Shown here: positions 7,838 to 14,683 of the stretch, one piece after another
How positions within the stretch are numbered: the stretch's first letter is position 1
Layout: the number at the start of each line of letters is the position of its first letter
IMG/VR virus record: IMGVR_UViG_3300003375_000111
Span: 1-27,540 of that record
Direction: 5' to 3' (one strand)
Length of the DNA stretch: 27,540 bases
From: a virus
Lineage: Duplodnaviria; Caudoviricetes
Notes under the pieces: generated by a model
Seen by the model: only the letters and a program-made list of their open reading frames with translations
Told to the model about the DNA's origin: nothing
Databases searched by the model: none
Made by a program: the position numbers and the translations under genes

Positions 7838-7899
7838 TCTTGATTATTTTGATGATCGTCGTCGCGTTTTCAATTGTCGTCTGGAGGATGGAAGAATGA
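7834..7899 (+). CDS. Tiny hydrophobic peptide (21 aa, MILIILMIVVAFSIVVWRMEE)
   Basis: AAGGA RBS, ATGA overlaps at both ends, single TM helix. Confidence 0.5.
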   Translation: MILIILMIVVAFSIVVWRMEE

Positions 7900-8183
7900 G
7901 CGAAGCAATACCCAATGCGGAATACATAAGAGCCTTGCTGGACGGCAAGGAAGTTGAGTACATATTTTCGGGAGAATGGTTTGCCGCTGATGTCGGATTT
8001 ATTGTGGATCACCCGCAATTTAGATTCAGGCTCAAGCCCAAGCCAGCACCCAAGCGCGAGCCGCTGACGGTGCATGTGTATGAATACCAAGGTAAATTGA
8101 TACTTAAAACGAATGACAAAACCCCCGGTAATGCCTGGGAACCGTTGGGCGAGTTCATCCTGCAGCCGAAGGAGCAGACATGA
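7896..8183 (+). CDS. Hypothetical phage protein
   Basis: GGAGG RBS; IRALLDGKEVEY...FRLKP motif common in phage proteins. Confidence 0.8.
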   Translation: MSEAIPNAEYIRALLDGKEVEYIFSGEWFAADVGFIVDHPQFRFRLKPKPAPKREPLTVHVYEYQGKLILKTNDKTPGNAWEPLGEFILQPKEQT

Positions 8184-8366
8184 CCGACCGACCGCGAATT
8201 ACTTGAACTGGCTGCGAAGGCGGCTGCCGGGTTGAACGCGCTGCGAGAGACTGCGCAGGCGGTTGTTATGGAAGCCAGCAAAGAGTTTGGTTTCTTTAAA
8301 TCCGCGCCGCCTATACCAAAAGAATTGATTGGCGCACTGAGTGAAGCACTGAAGGCTATCAAATGA
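8180..8366 (+). pseudogene. Frameshifted small phage gene (MTDRELLELAAKAA...)
   Basis: AAGGAG RBS and ATGA coupling at both ends, but (ACCG)3 at 8183-8194 breaks the frame; removing 4 bp gives an intact 60-aa ORF. Confidence 0.7.
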
Positions 8367-8584
8367 TCGACCGCCGCCACATTCTGAACTGCTACGAGTC
8401 GCGCGACCGCGAAGGGCTGGAGCGGTATCTAGACTCGATTCCGAACGCGATCAGTGTGCAAGACGTGATCGACGCAGCGCGCTACCGTCGTATCAGGACT
8501 GAGATCGTCCAGGACCTCAAGGGCTGCACCGCTGAACAGATGGACGCCAAGGTTGATGAGGACATCAGGAGGGCCGGGGAATGA
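8363..8584 (+). CDS. Hypothetical phage protein
   Basis: ATGA-coupled; DAARYR.IR ...DAKVD motif typical of small phage proteins. Confidence 0.75.
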   Translation: MIDRRHILNCYESRDREGLERYLDSIPNAISVQDVIDAARYRRIRTEIVQDLKGCTAEQMDAKVDEDIRRAGE

Positions 8585-8739
8585 GCCACAAACTGAACCA
8601 CTTGGCCCTGCTGATCCGTGAGCTGGCGCGCGCTCTGCGCACTGCCGACCCAGGCTCAAAACTGCCGCACGACGCGCTGGATTACCTGCGGCGTGCCGGG
8701 CTGGACGGAAAGCCACTGCGGCAGGAGGTGCCAAAGTGA
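8581..8739 (+). CDS. Small hypothetical phage protein (52 aa, MSHKLNHLALLIRELAR...)
   Basis: ATGA/GTGA overlaps; ALDYLRR.GL.G.PLR motif. Confidence 0.65.
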   Translation: MSHKLNHLALLIRELARALRTADPGSKLPHDALDYLRRAGLDGKPLRQEVPK

Positions 8740-9239
8740 AGAAGACTGCAATCATCAGCGGCTGTGGAAAATTCCGCTATCACCTGACTAGATATTGGGA
8801 CGATTCGCTCCACCCACTTCCTTTCATCATGCTGAATCCAAGTACGGCTGACGCCGATTCAGACGATGCGACCATTCGCAAATGCGTTGGCTTTGCTCAG
8901 CGCCTCGGATTTGGCGGTATTGAGGTATTTAACCTATTTGCCTTTCGTGCCACCGACCCACGCGAATTGCGAAATAACGGCTATTTAGTTGGACCTGACA
9001 ATGACAGAATCATCACCAGTAGGCTTGGAGATATGGGCCTGGTGGAACGCGGATATGTAATTTGCGCATGGGGCGCGCATGCTCGCGGTCTTTTACGGCC
9101 GGCTGATTTGATGTGCCACCTTCGGCTTTCTGGAGTGCGGCTGCGAGCACTGCATTTGCTTGATGACGGCACCCCGGCGCATCCGCTGATGCTTCCTTAC
9201 ACATGCACGCCCTTGGCCTTCGGGGGACTACCCAAATGA
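8736..9239 (+). CDS. DUF1643 domain protein
   Basis: RYHLTR.W, FIMLNPSTAD...DDATIRKC..FA...GFGG....NLFAFRATDP, AWG, P.HPL; GGAGG RBS. Confidence 0.9.
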   Translation: MKKTAIISGCGKFRYHLTRYWDDSLHPLPFIMLNPSTADADSDDATIRKCVGFAQRLGFGGIEVFNLFAFRATDPRELRNNGYLVGPDNDRIITSRLGDMGLVERGYVICAWGAHARGLLRPADLMCHLRLSGVRLRALHLLDDGTPAHPLMLPYTCTPLAFGGLPK

Positions 9240-9478
9240 ACCCACCTCTTGGCTCGACATTCCTGACCGGCGCCGAAATCGCCGAACTGACCGGCATCCG
9301 CACCGGAAAGAATGGACGCACCCGGGAACAGCTCCAGATCGAACAGCTTGCCCGCATGGCGATCCCGCATTACGTGAACGCGGCGAGTCGACCTATCGTT
9401 GCGCGGGCGATCATCGAGGGCGCAAAATCGGCACCTGTCGCCCAATCGGCGTGGGAGCCTGGCTTGAGGGCAGCATGA
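9236..9478 (+). CDS. DUF4224 protein, putative excisionase/recombination directionality factor
   Basis: FLT..EI.ELTG...Q..QL..M.IP..VN...RPIV.R; ATGA-coupled to integrase. Confidence 0.8.
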   Translation: MNPPLGSTFLTGAEIAELTGIRTGKNGRTREQLQIEQLARMAIPHYVNAASRPIVARAIIEGAKSAPVAQSAWEPGLRAA

Positions 9479-10503
9479 AGAATTTCCGCGCACGCAAGCA
9501 GAAGTCCGGTCGGACCTTCTATTACTTCGACACCGGCCAGAAGCCCCGCAAAGAGCTTCCGCTGGGGTCGGACTATGTGCTGGCCGTGCGCAAATGGTCT
9601 GAACTGATGGCCGCTCCCGCCCAGGCGCCGGTCACGAATTTCAAACAGCTCGCCGACAGATACCTGCTGGAGGTCATGCCGACCAAGGCCAAAAACACCC
9701 AGCGCACGCAAACTCGCGACATCAAGCAGCTGGTCAAGTACTTCTGCACGCCGAGCCCGGCGCCTCTGGACCAGATCAAGCCGAAGCACATCCATGCGCT
9801 GCTGCAATGGCAGAAGGCTCACCCCACGACGGCGAACCGCCTGAAGCGGGTTTTCAGCCACATGTTCAACATGGCCAGGGCCTGGGGCTATACCGATGCG
9901 CAGAACCCGGTGAAGGGCATCGAGGGGTTTGAACTGGAGAAGCGCGAGGTCTATGTGACCGACGAGGCGTTCCGAGCCATCTGGACATGCGCTACCCAGC
10001 CCATCCGCGACATCATGGATCTAGCGTACCTGACCGGGCAGAGGCCCGGTGACATGCTGGAGATGACAGAGCGCGACATCGTGAACGGAATGCTGCAGGT
10101 CAAACAGGGCAAGACCAAGACCCTACGCCGGATCGTGATCGAGGGCGACCTGAAAGATTTGCTGGAGCGGATCAAAGAGCGCAAGTCGCGCTATAAGGTT
10201 TGGAGCGCCCACCTAGCGGTCAATTTGCGCGGCCTGCCGCTGACCGAGGCGACGCTGCGCAACGGCTGGATGCCGGCGCGCGCGAAAGCGGCGGCGGACG
10301 CTGAAGAGCAGGGGAATGCCGAATTCGCAGCCATGATCCGGTCGGTCCGCTTCTATGACCTGCGCGCGAAAGCGGCCGATGATGTGTCAGAAGACCCCAA
10401 CCGCGGCGACCAGGGGGCCGCAGATCTGCTGGGCCATGCCAACGTCAATGTGACCAAAAAGCATTACATCCGGCGCGGCAAAATCGTGCGGCCGACCAAG
10501 TAA
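9475..10503 (+). CDS. int: Tyrosine integrase
   Basis: N-terminal YYFD arm-binding region; LAYLTGQR, KQGKT, FYDLRAK, LLGH, KHY catalytic motifs. Confidence 0.95.
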   Translation: MKNFRARKQKSGRTFYYFDTGQKPRKELPLGSDYVLAVRKWSELMAAPAQAPVTNFKQLADRYLLEVMPTKAKNTQRTQTRDIKQLVKYFCTPSPAPLDQIKPKHIHALLQWQKAHPTTANRLKRVFSHMFNMARAWGYTDAQNPVKGIEGFELEKREVYVTDEAFRAIWTCATQPIRDIMDLAYLTGQRPGDMLEMTERDIVNGMLQVKQGKTKTLRRIVIEGDLKDLLERIKERKSRYKVWSAHLAVNLRGLPLTEATLRNGWMPARAKAAADAEEQGNAEFAAMIRSVRFYDLRAKAADDVSEDPNRGDQGAADLLGHANVNVTKKHYIRRGKIVRPTK

Positions 10504-10563
10504 AAAGCACTCCGAAAGTGCTCCGCAAATCGAAATTTTTGACGGAAACATGCGGGTTAAAGC

Positions 10564-10581
10564 ACTGTTTTTTTAGACAGT
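10564..10581. promoter_or_regulatory. Candidate LexA (SOS) box
   Basis: ACTGT-TTTTTTAG-ACAGT matches CTGT-N8-ACAG. Confidence 0.45.
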
Positions 10582-10634
10582 TTTGCGGAGCGGAAATCGT
10601 GCTGCAGGCCGCATAAAACCTAGAAACCTGGGTC

Positions 10635-10681
10635 AGCTTCCCAAGCTTCATACGAGGGTTCGATTCCCTTCACCCGCTCCA
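10635..10681 (+). other. att core (probably attP): 3' half of tRNA-Gly(CCC)
   Basis: AGC-TTCCCAA-GCT anticodon loop, GAGGG-TTCGATT-CCCTT T-arm, CACCCGC-TCCA end; 5' half of tRNA absent; about 130 bp downstream of int. Confidence 0.9.
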
Positions 10682-10718
10682 TAAACACTAGCCTCGCTGC
10701 TATCGTTTTTGAAAACCC

Positions 10719-10736
10719 ATGCGGAGCGCTCCGCAT
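10719..10736. repeat. Perfect 18-bp palindrome, candidate integrase arm-type sites
   Basis: ATGCGGAGC-GCTCCGCAT; the same GCTCCGCA motif occurs at 10520 (+) and 10584 (-). Confidence 0.65.
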
Positions 10737-10839
10737 TCGGCCTTTTTGAGACTTGGGCACTGGACGTCAAAACAGTGATGCATCATCACCGTTTTGAAGT
10801 GGGCAGCAAGATGCCAACAACATTGAACCAGTCCAAACG

Positions 10840-10862
10840 AAAAAGCCCGCACGCAGCGGGCT
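10840..10862 (-). terminator. Intrinsic terminator after protease gene
   Basis: GCCCGC/GCGGGC stem followed by T5 on - strand. Confidence 0.75.
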
Positions 10863-10882
10863 CATGGTCTCGCTTCACCTTA

Positions 10883-11326
10883 TCAGTATGCAAGCGTCAG
10901 AGTCTTTAGGCTTCCGTTATAGATGACCGTGCACAAGTCGATGATGTCTCGACCTATCAGCCCATCAATCCCTTGTGACGACAAAGACGTCTCCGTAACA
11001 GGGAGCGCAGGTATCAAGAAGCCCATGCCCGGGTCTGTCCCTGGGATAAATAACGAAATGTCGTATTGGTTGCAGACATGAGTCCCGCCGGCAGTCGATG
11101 GCGTCTGGATATGAACAGCACCGCTCGGAACAAGGCCAAGAGGTTGAACAAATCTTGGATCCATGCAGGTTGAGGATGCACCCGTATCAAGCAAGAAACG
11201 GCCAGCTACGCCGTTTGGAACTTGTAGACCGGCTTTTCGCAATGCCGCACTTCTGGCGACGCTCAGTCCAATCAGTACAGTGAAAATTGGACCGGCAGGA
11301 GTCAGGCTGACATTGATACTGGGCAT
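10883..11326 (-). CDS. Retropepsin-like (clan AA) single-domain aspartyl protease
   Basis: FLLDTGASSTC catalytic motif and IDGLIGRD motif. Confidence 0.88.
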   Translation of the reverse strand: MPSINVSLTPAGPIFTVLIGLSVARSAALRKAGLQVPNGVAGRFLLDTGASSTCMDPRFVQPLGLVPSGAVHIQTPSTAGGTHVCNQYDISLFIPGTDPGMGFLIPALPVTETSLSSQGIDGLIGRDIIDLCTVIYNGSLKTLTLAY

Positions 11327-11553
11327 GCACCAAAGTCCCGAGTGAAGAACGCGATCTGATCCGCCGCCGAAATGCGCTTCACGAGGAATGGAGACAGGCC
11401 GAACTTCTCGTATCCAGTGGTTAGTGCATCACCGTAGGAGTCAAACGTCCCACACACTTCTTCACCATGGATCAAAACGAACCGGCCAGCTTGCGAGATC
11501 AGTTCTGGGAGATGGTGGTTGTATGTCTGTATTTCTTGCTCTAAGGCGCTCAT
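11302..11553 (-). CDS. Small DUF5678-like protein (83 aa)
   Basis: L.EL....GRFVLIHGEEVCGTFDSY.DAL..GYEKFG..PFLVKRI; GAAGGAG RBS; overlaps protease start. Confidence 0.75.
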   Translation of the reverse strand: MSALEQEIQTYNHHLPELISQAGRFVLIHGEEVCGTFDSYGDALTTGYEKFGLSPFLVKRISAADQIAFFTRDFGACPVSMSA

Positions 11554-11570
11554 GGCATGCTCCTTCGAAG

Positions 11571-11593
11571 CGGGATAGAACGGGATAGTACCA
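11571..11593 (-). promoter_or_regulatory. Candidate extended -10 promoter overlapped by a tandem 10-bp repeat
   Basis: TGGTACTAT on - strand (11593-11585); CGGGATAGAA-CGGGATAGTA repeat at 11571-11590. Confidence 0.45.
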
Positions 11594-11727
11594 TTCCGGC
11601 ATAGGTTTGATCGCCGGAAATGACCCTTGTTCAGGGTGAATTTGATCACCTTTTGGGCACATCCACTCGGCAACCTAAGTCCAAACCCTAAGCGGAATTC
11701 ACGGCAGCTTGCCAGTCGGCAAAACGC

Positions 11728-11765
11728 AAAAAAAGCCCCGACACCGGGGTTTCCGGCATCGGGGC
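11728..11765 (-). terminator. Intrinsic terminator at end of late/lysis operon
   Basis: GCCCCGA...TCGGGGC long stem with T7 on - strand, just after lipase stop. Confidence 0.85.
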
Positions 11766-11787
11766 AAGCTCTCGCTCTGGCAACTGA

Positions 11788-12399
11788 CTAGGGCAGGGCG
11801 GCCACACCTTTGACGTACAGAGCGACCTCATGATCGGCCAGATTTCCCAGCACTGTCGGCGCCGGCGCGGCGGCAGTTGCAACCCACTGGTCCGGATGCT
11901 GAAACGCGGCAAATGTTGGCAACAGCGGAACCGGATCGCTCAGGTTGCGGTAGCTGGCGTGCGGGACCTTTGAGTTCTGCAGGATTTGTGACAAGCGCGC
12001 ATACCCCGGCTTCGGCGACCCGAAAACGCAAACTTGGGCAACTGGGACATGGCGCACGACCATCTTGGCCGCCGCGATCCTGGCCCGCGCGCCGCCCAGG
12101 CTGTGGCCGGTCAGGCTGATCGGACCTTTGATGATGGCCTGAATTTGCTCGAGCAAATCGTCCATGCCGGCCAGAAACCCCTTGTGCACAATCCCGACCT
12201 CATGGTCAGAAACTGGCAGTGCGTCGGCGTCTCGCAGCCAGTCTTGAGCGGTCACCGAGCCACGGAACACCAGCACATTGTCGGTACCGATGCGCCGGTG
12301 CCCGCAGACCACATCGTCCGTGGTCCACAGGTGGTCCCAGTCCGTGGCCTTATCGTAGACAGCGGCGCTTAGCTGCACCGCCTGGCTCGCCGGAATCAT
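11788..12399 (-). CDS. Class 3 lipase-like alpha/beta hydrolase
   Basis: VFRGS, VHKGF, GHSLGG (Ser), FGSPKPG, DPVP (Asp), DH (His); no signal peptide. Confidence 0.9.
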   Translation of the reverse strand: MIPASQAVQLSAAVYDKATDWDHLWTTDDVVCGHRRIGTDNVLVFRGSVTAQDWLRDADALPVSDHEVGIVHKGFLAGMDDLLEQIQAIIKGPISLTGHSLGGARARIAAAKMVVRHVPVAQVCVFGSPKPGYARLSQILQNSKVPHASYRNLSDPVPLLPTFAAFQHPDQWVATAAAPAPTVLGNLADHEVALYVKGVAALP

Positions 12400-12405
12400 G
12401 GTCGT

Positions 12406-12885
12406 TTACTTCGAGGCCGACGCTGCCGGAGCTTGGGCAGATGCCGGCGCAGTACTCACGCCGGCCGCCTGGGACGCGGCGATCACGCCCGTGACGATGA
12501 TCTGGCCGGCGGACACGGCCAAGATCGCCTCGTTTTTCTGCTGGGCCTGGAGCGTGCTGGCGTTGATCACCGCGATCAGGGCTGGCGCGGCCGTGGTGGC
12601 CAGAGCCTGGACGTTCGCGACGTTGACTGTTGCGGTCGCCGCGCACGCAGCCGGCACCACGTTGTTGGCGACAGCCAGGTCATTGACCGCCGCGGGCGGC
12701 AGGCCCTGGAGAGCAGACAGGCTGGACAGCACGGACTGGAACGACGGACAGGCGCCCGCGATTGCCTTTTGGATCTGCGCCGGCGACGGCGCGGTACCGG
12801 ATGACGATGGCACCGAGGTGCAGGCGGCGAGGCCACAGGCGCCGATCACGGCAGCGATGGACAGTGCGAGAAGATTCTTGCGCAT
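12406..12885 (-). CDS. Lipoprotein, Ala-rich, with hydrophobic C-terminal segment
   Basis: MRK + hydrophobic + LAAC lipobox; AAGGA RBS. Confidence 0.8.
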   Translation of the reverse strand: MRKNLLALSIAAVIGACGLAACTSVPSSSGTAPSPAQIQKAIAGACPSFQSVLSSLSALQGLPPAAVNDLAVANNVVPAACAATATVNVANVQALATTAAPALIAVINASTLQAQQKNEAILAVSAGQIIVTGVIAASQAAGVSTAPASAQAPAASASK

Positions 12886-12894
12886 GGGAAATCC

Positions 12895-13212
12895 TTACTT
12901 GATGGGGAATTGCACTCTGAGGGCCTCGGTAACGGCAGACGACACCGCGCCGGCAACTGAGCCGGCGATCGGTGCAAGGCTGTCGAGCGGCGCTGAGGCA
13001 GACACGCCGGTTTCGGAGAAAGTCAGGTCGTAGTCGTTGCCCGACTTCTTTGCGGTCACCTGCAAGGTGGCCAGGTTTTTGCCGTTGGTGATCAGCGCCT
13101 GGCAACACACCATGGCGCGCAGGTCTGGGTCATAGAACGGCTTGATGCTGTAGGTGGAGATGCCCGCGCACCCGGCCAGCAGCGCGACCAGGCAGATCAG
13201 AACCGCTTTCAT
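12895..13212 (-). CDS. Lipoprotein, beta-rich
   Basis: MKAVLICLVALLAGC lipobox; ATGA overlap with upstream gene. Confidence 0.8.
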   Translation of the reverse strand: MKAVLICLVALLAGCAGISTYSIKPFYDPDLRAMVCCQALITNGKNLATLQVTAKKSGNDYDLTFSETGVSASAPLDSLAPIAGSVAGAVSSAVTEALRVQFPIK

Positions 13213-13442
13213 GGCGTCGGGCCCGGGCCGGGTTGAACGGGCGCGACCGGCGCGCTCGGGGGCTGCACAGTGGACGCCGGGTCCGTGGCCTTGTCCGGGC
13301 TCAGGTACTTGGCGAAGTGCCCGAGGGCAAATCCGACCAATGACCAAATCGCCTCCGCGTTGTGCGCGGGCGGGAAATAGGACACGAACAGGCCGACCAC
13401 GATGGCCAGCAGCGCGAAAAATGCGATGAATCGGAGTTTCAT
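13209..13442 (-). CDS. Small two-TM membrane protein, putative holin
   Basis: Two hydrophobic helices, Pro-rich tail, AAGGA RBS, lysis-region context. Confidence 0.6.
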   Translation of the reverse strand: MKLRFIAFFALLAIVVGLFVSYFPPAHNAEAIWSLVGFALGHFAKYLSPDKATDPASTVQPPSAPVAPVQPGPGPTP

Positions 13443-13458
13443 GATGTTTCCTTTGGGC

Positions 13459-13481
13459 AAAAAAAAGCCCGCACAGCGGGC
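13459..13481 (-). terminator. Intrinsic terminator-like hairpin
   Basis: GCCCGC-N3-GCGGGC plus T8 on - strand. Confidence 0.7.
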
Positions 13482-13485
13482 ATGG

Positions 13486-13519
13486 ACTGACAGACTTACG
13501 TCAGTTCTGTATATACAAT
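13486..13519 (+). promoter_or_regulatory. Putative TA promoter/operator
   Basis: TACAAT at 13514-13519 just before ATG 13526 (leaderless-like, no SD); palindromes TGTATATACA and ACTGAC..GTCAGT. Confidence 0.55.
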
Positions 13520-13525
13520 GCGGCC

Positions 13526-13822
13526 ATGTTGAAGAACTTGGTCGTTGCCCCGGACATCCGGGAGAAGTTGCTAACCAAGCACAAGGTAAAAGTCCTTGAA
13601 GTCCACGAATGCTTCATGAACCATGACGGCTTTTACCTAGAAGACACCTCTGAAGATCACAGGACTGACCCGCCAACAGAGTGGTTTATTGCGGAAACTG
13701 ACAGGGGCAGACTCCTGAAAGTTGTATTTGTTTTCAGGGATGGTTGCATCTACTTGAAGACCGCGTACGACGCAAATCACAAGTCACAGCATATATACAA
13801 AACACAGAAGGCGAAGCAATGA
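13526..13822 (+). CDS. BrnT/DUF4258-like toxin (RelE-fold RNase, putative)
   Basis: KL..KH.V...EV.ECF.N, IAETDRGRLLKVVF, LKTAY motifs; ATGA-coupled to RHH gene. Confidence 0.75.
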   Translation: MLKNLVVAPDIREKLLTKHKVKVLEVHECFMNHDGFYLEDTSEDHRTDPPTEWFIAETDRGRLLKVVFVFRDGCIYLKTAYDANHKSQHIYKTQKAKQ

Positions 13823-14127
13823 AGAAGACTGCGGGAACCACTGAGGCCTGGGAAGACGGCACCCTCGGTGAAGACATGGACAAGGCCAAGGCATCGACTG
13901 CCTCCAGGTCCAAGGCCGTGGATGAAGCGCTTGAGCTGCAGATGATCTCCATTCGTCTGCCGAAGTCCGTCATTGAGGACTTCAAGCTGATCGCCGAGGT
14001 GGAAGGCCTGGGCTATCAGCCATTGATGCGTACCGCCTTGATCCGTTTCGCTGAGTGCGAGCTCAAGAGAGTGGGGCGCGAATACGCGACTCAACTCGTT
14101 CGCGAAAAGAACCTGAAAGCGGCCTGA
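13819..14127 (+). CDS. BrnA/CopG-like ribbon-helix-helix antitoxin
   Basis: ISIRLPKSVIEDFK.IA...GLGYQPLMR..L motif; acidic N-terminus. Confidence 0.8.
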   Translation: MKKTAGTTEAWEDGTLGEDMDKAKASTASRSKAVDEALELQMISIRLPKSVIEDFKLIAEVEGLGYQPLMRTALIRFAECELKRVGREYATQLVREKNLKAA

Positions 14128-14637
14128 TCACACTTGGTCGTGATGGATCACTTCGGATGCTGAAAACCTGTAGCCCTCGCGGGCGTACCGCTGGAACACC
14201 CACAGCGGATGCGGCATGGTGTGAATGCCGCTGTCCAGGTGGGTGTGGTGGTCTTTGCAGAGCAGCAGGCCGTTCACCAGCATGCTGTCCACGAAGCTGT
14301 AGGGGTTGGCCGGATCGAAGCCTGTCCAGTCGAAAGCCTTGGCCGCCGCGCGCTGGCCAGCGGTCAGGCCAAATTCGCCGGCTTCGCAGTCGCGCCGCAC
14401 CAGCGCCCAGTCAATGCCCATGGCGGTGCTGCGTTCGATCATGAAATGATGGGCTTCCAGCGGGCCGGCTTCGGCCGGCGTGCGCTGGCAGATCCAACAG
14501 CGTTCGCCATCGCGCACCGCTAGCTGCTTTTTGGTGTGCGTAAACAGCGAACTGGCGCTGCCGCGTTCCTCATGGCCAGGCAGCAGCACCTCGACCGATA
14601 GGGTTTCTTTTTCGTCGTGTGTTTCGGTGACGGACAT
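14128..14637 (-). CDS. HNH-like protein with large insert
   Basis: RCWIC...LEAHH...NGLLLCKDHH...GIH. Confidence 0.65.
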   Translation of the reverse strand: MSVTETHDEKETLSVEVLLPGHEERGSASSLFTHTKKQLAVRDGERCWICQRTPAEAGPLEAHHFMIERSTAMGIDWALVRRDCEAGEFGLTAGQRAAAKAFDWTGFDPANPYSFVDSMLVNGLLLCKDHHTHLDSGIHTMPHPLWVFQRYAREGYRFSASEVIHHDQV

Positions 14638-14660
14638 AAAAAAACCCGCCGAAGCGGGTT
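14638..14660 (-). terminator. UUCG-loop terminator-like hairpin abutting a start codon
   Basis: AACCCGC-TTCG-GCGGGTT plus T-run directly followed by ATG. Confidence 0.7.
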
Positions 14661-14683
14661 CCTTGTGGAGTGGGTGGTATTGG

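Noticed and set aside
10610-10681. Complete tRNA-Gly gene
   Set aside because: 5' acceptor strand and D-arm are absent and the anticodon stem pairs only 3 bp; treated as att core
10709-10909. 66-aa + strand ORF after att core
   Set aside because: TTG start without SD; overlaps att-arm palindrome and terminator
13507-13522. LexA box at the TA promoter
   Set aside because: CTGTATATAC half matches but the ACAG half is missing; better explained as a TA operator palindrome
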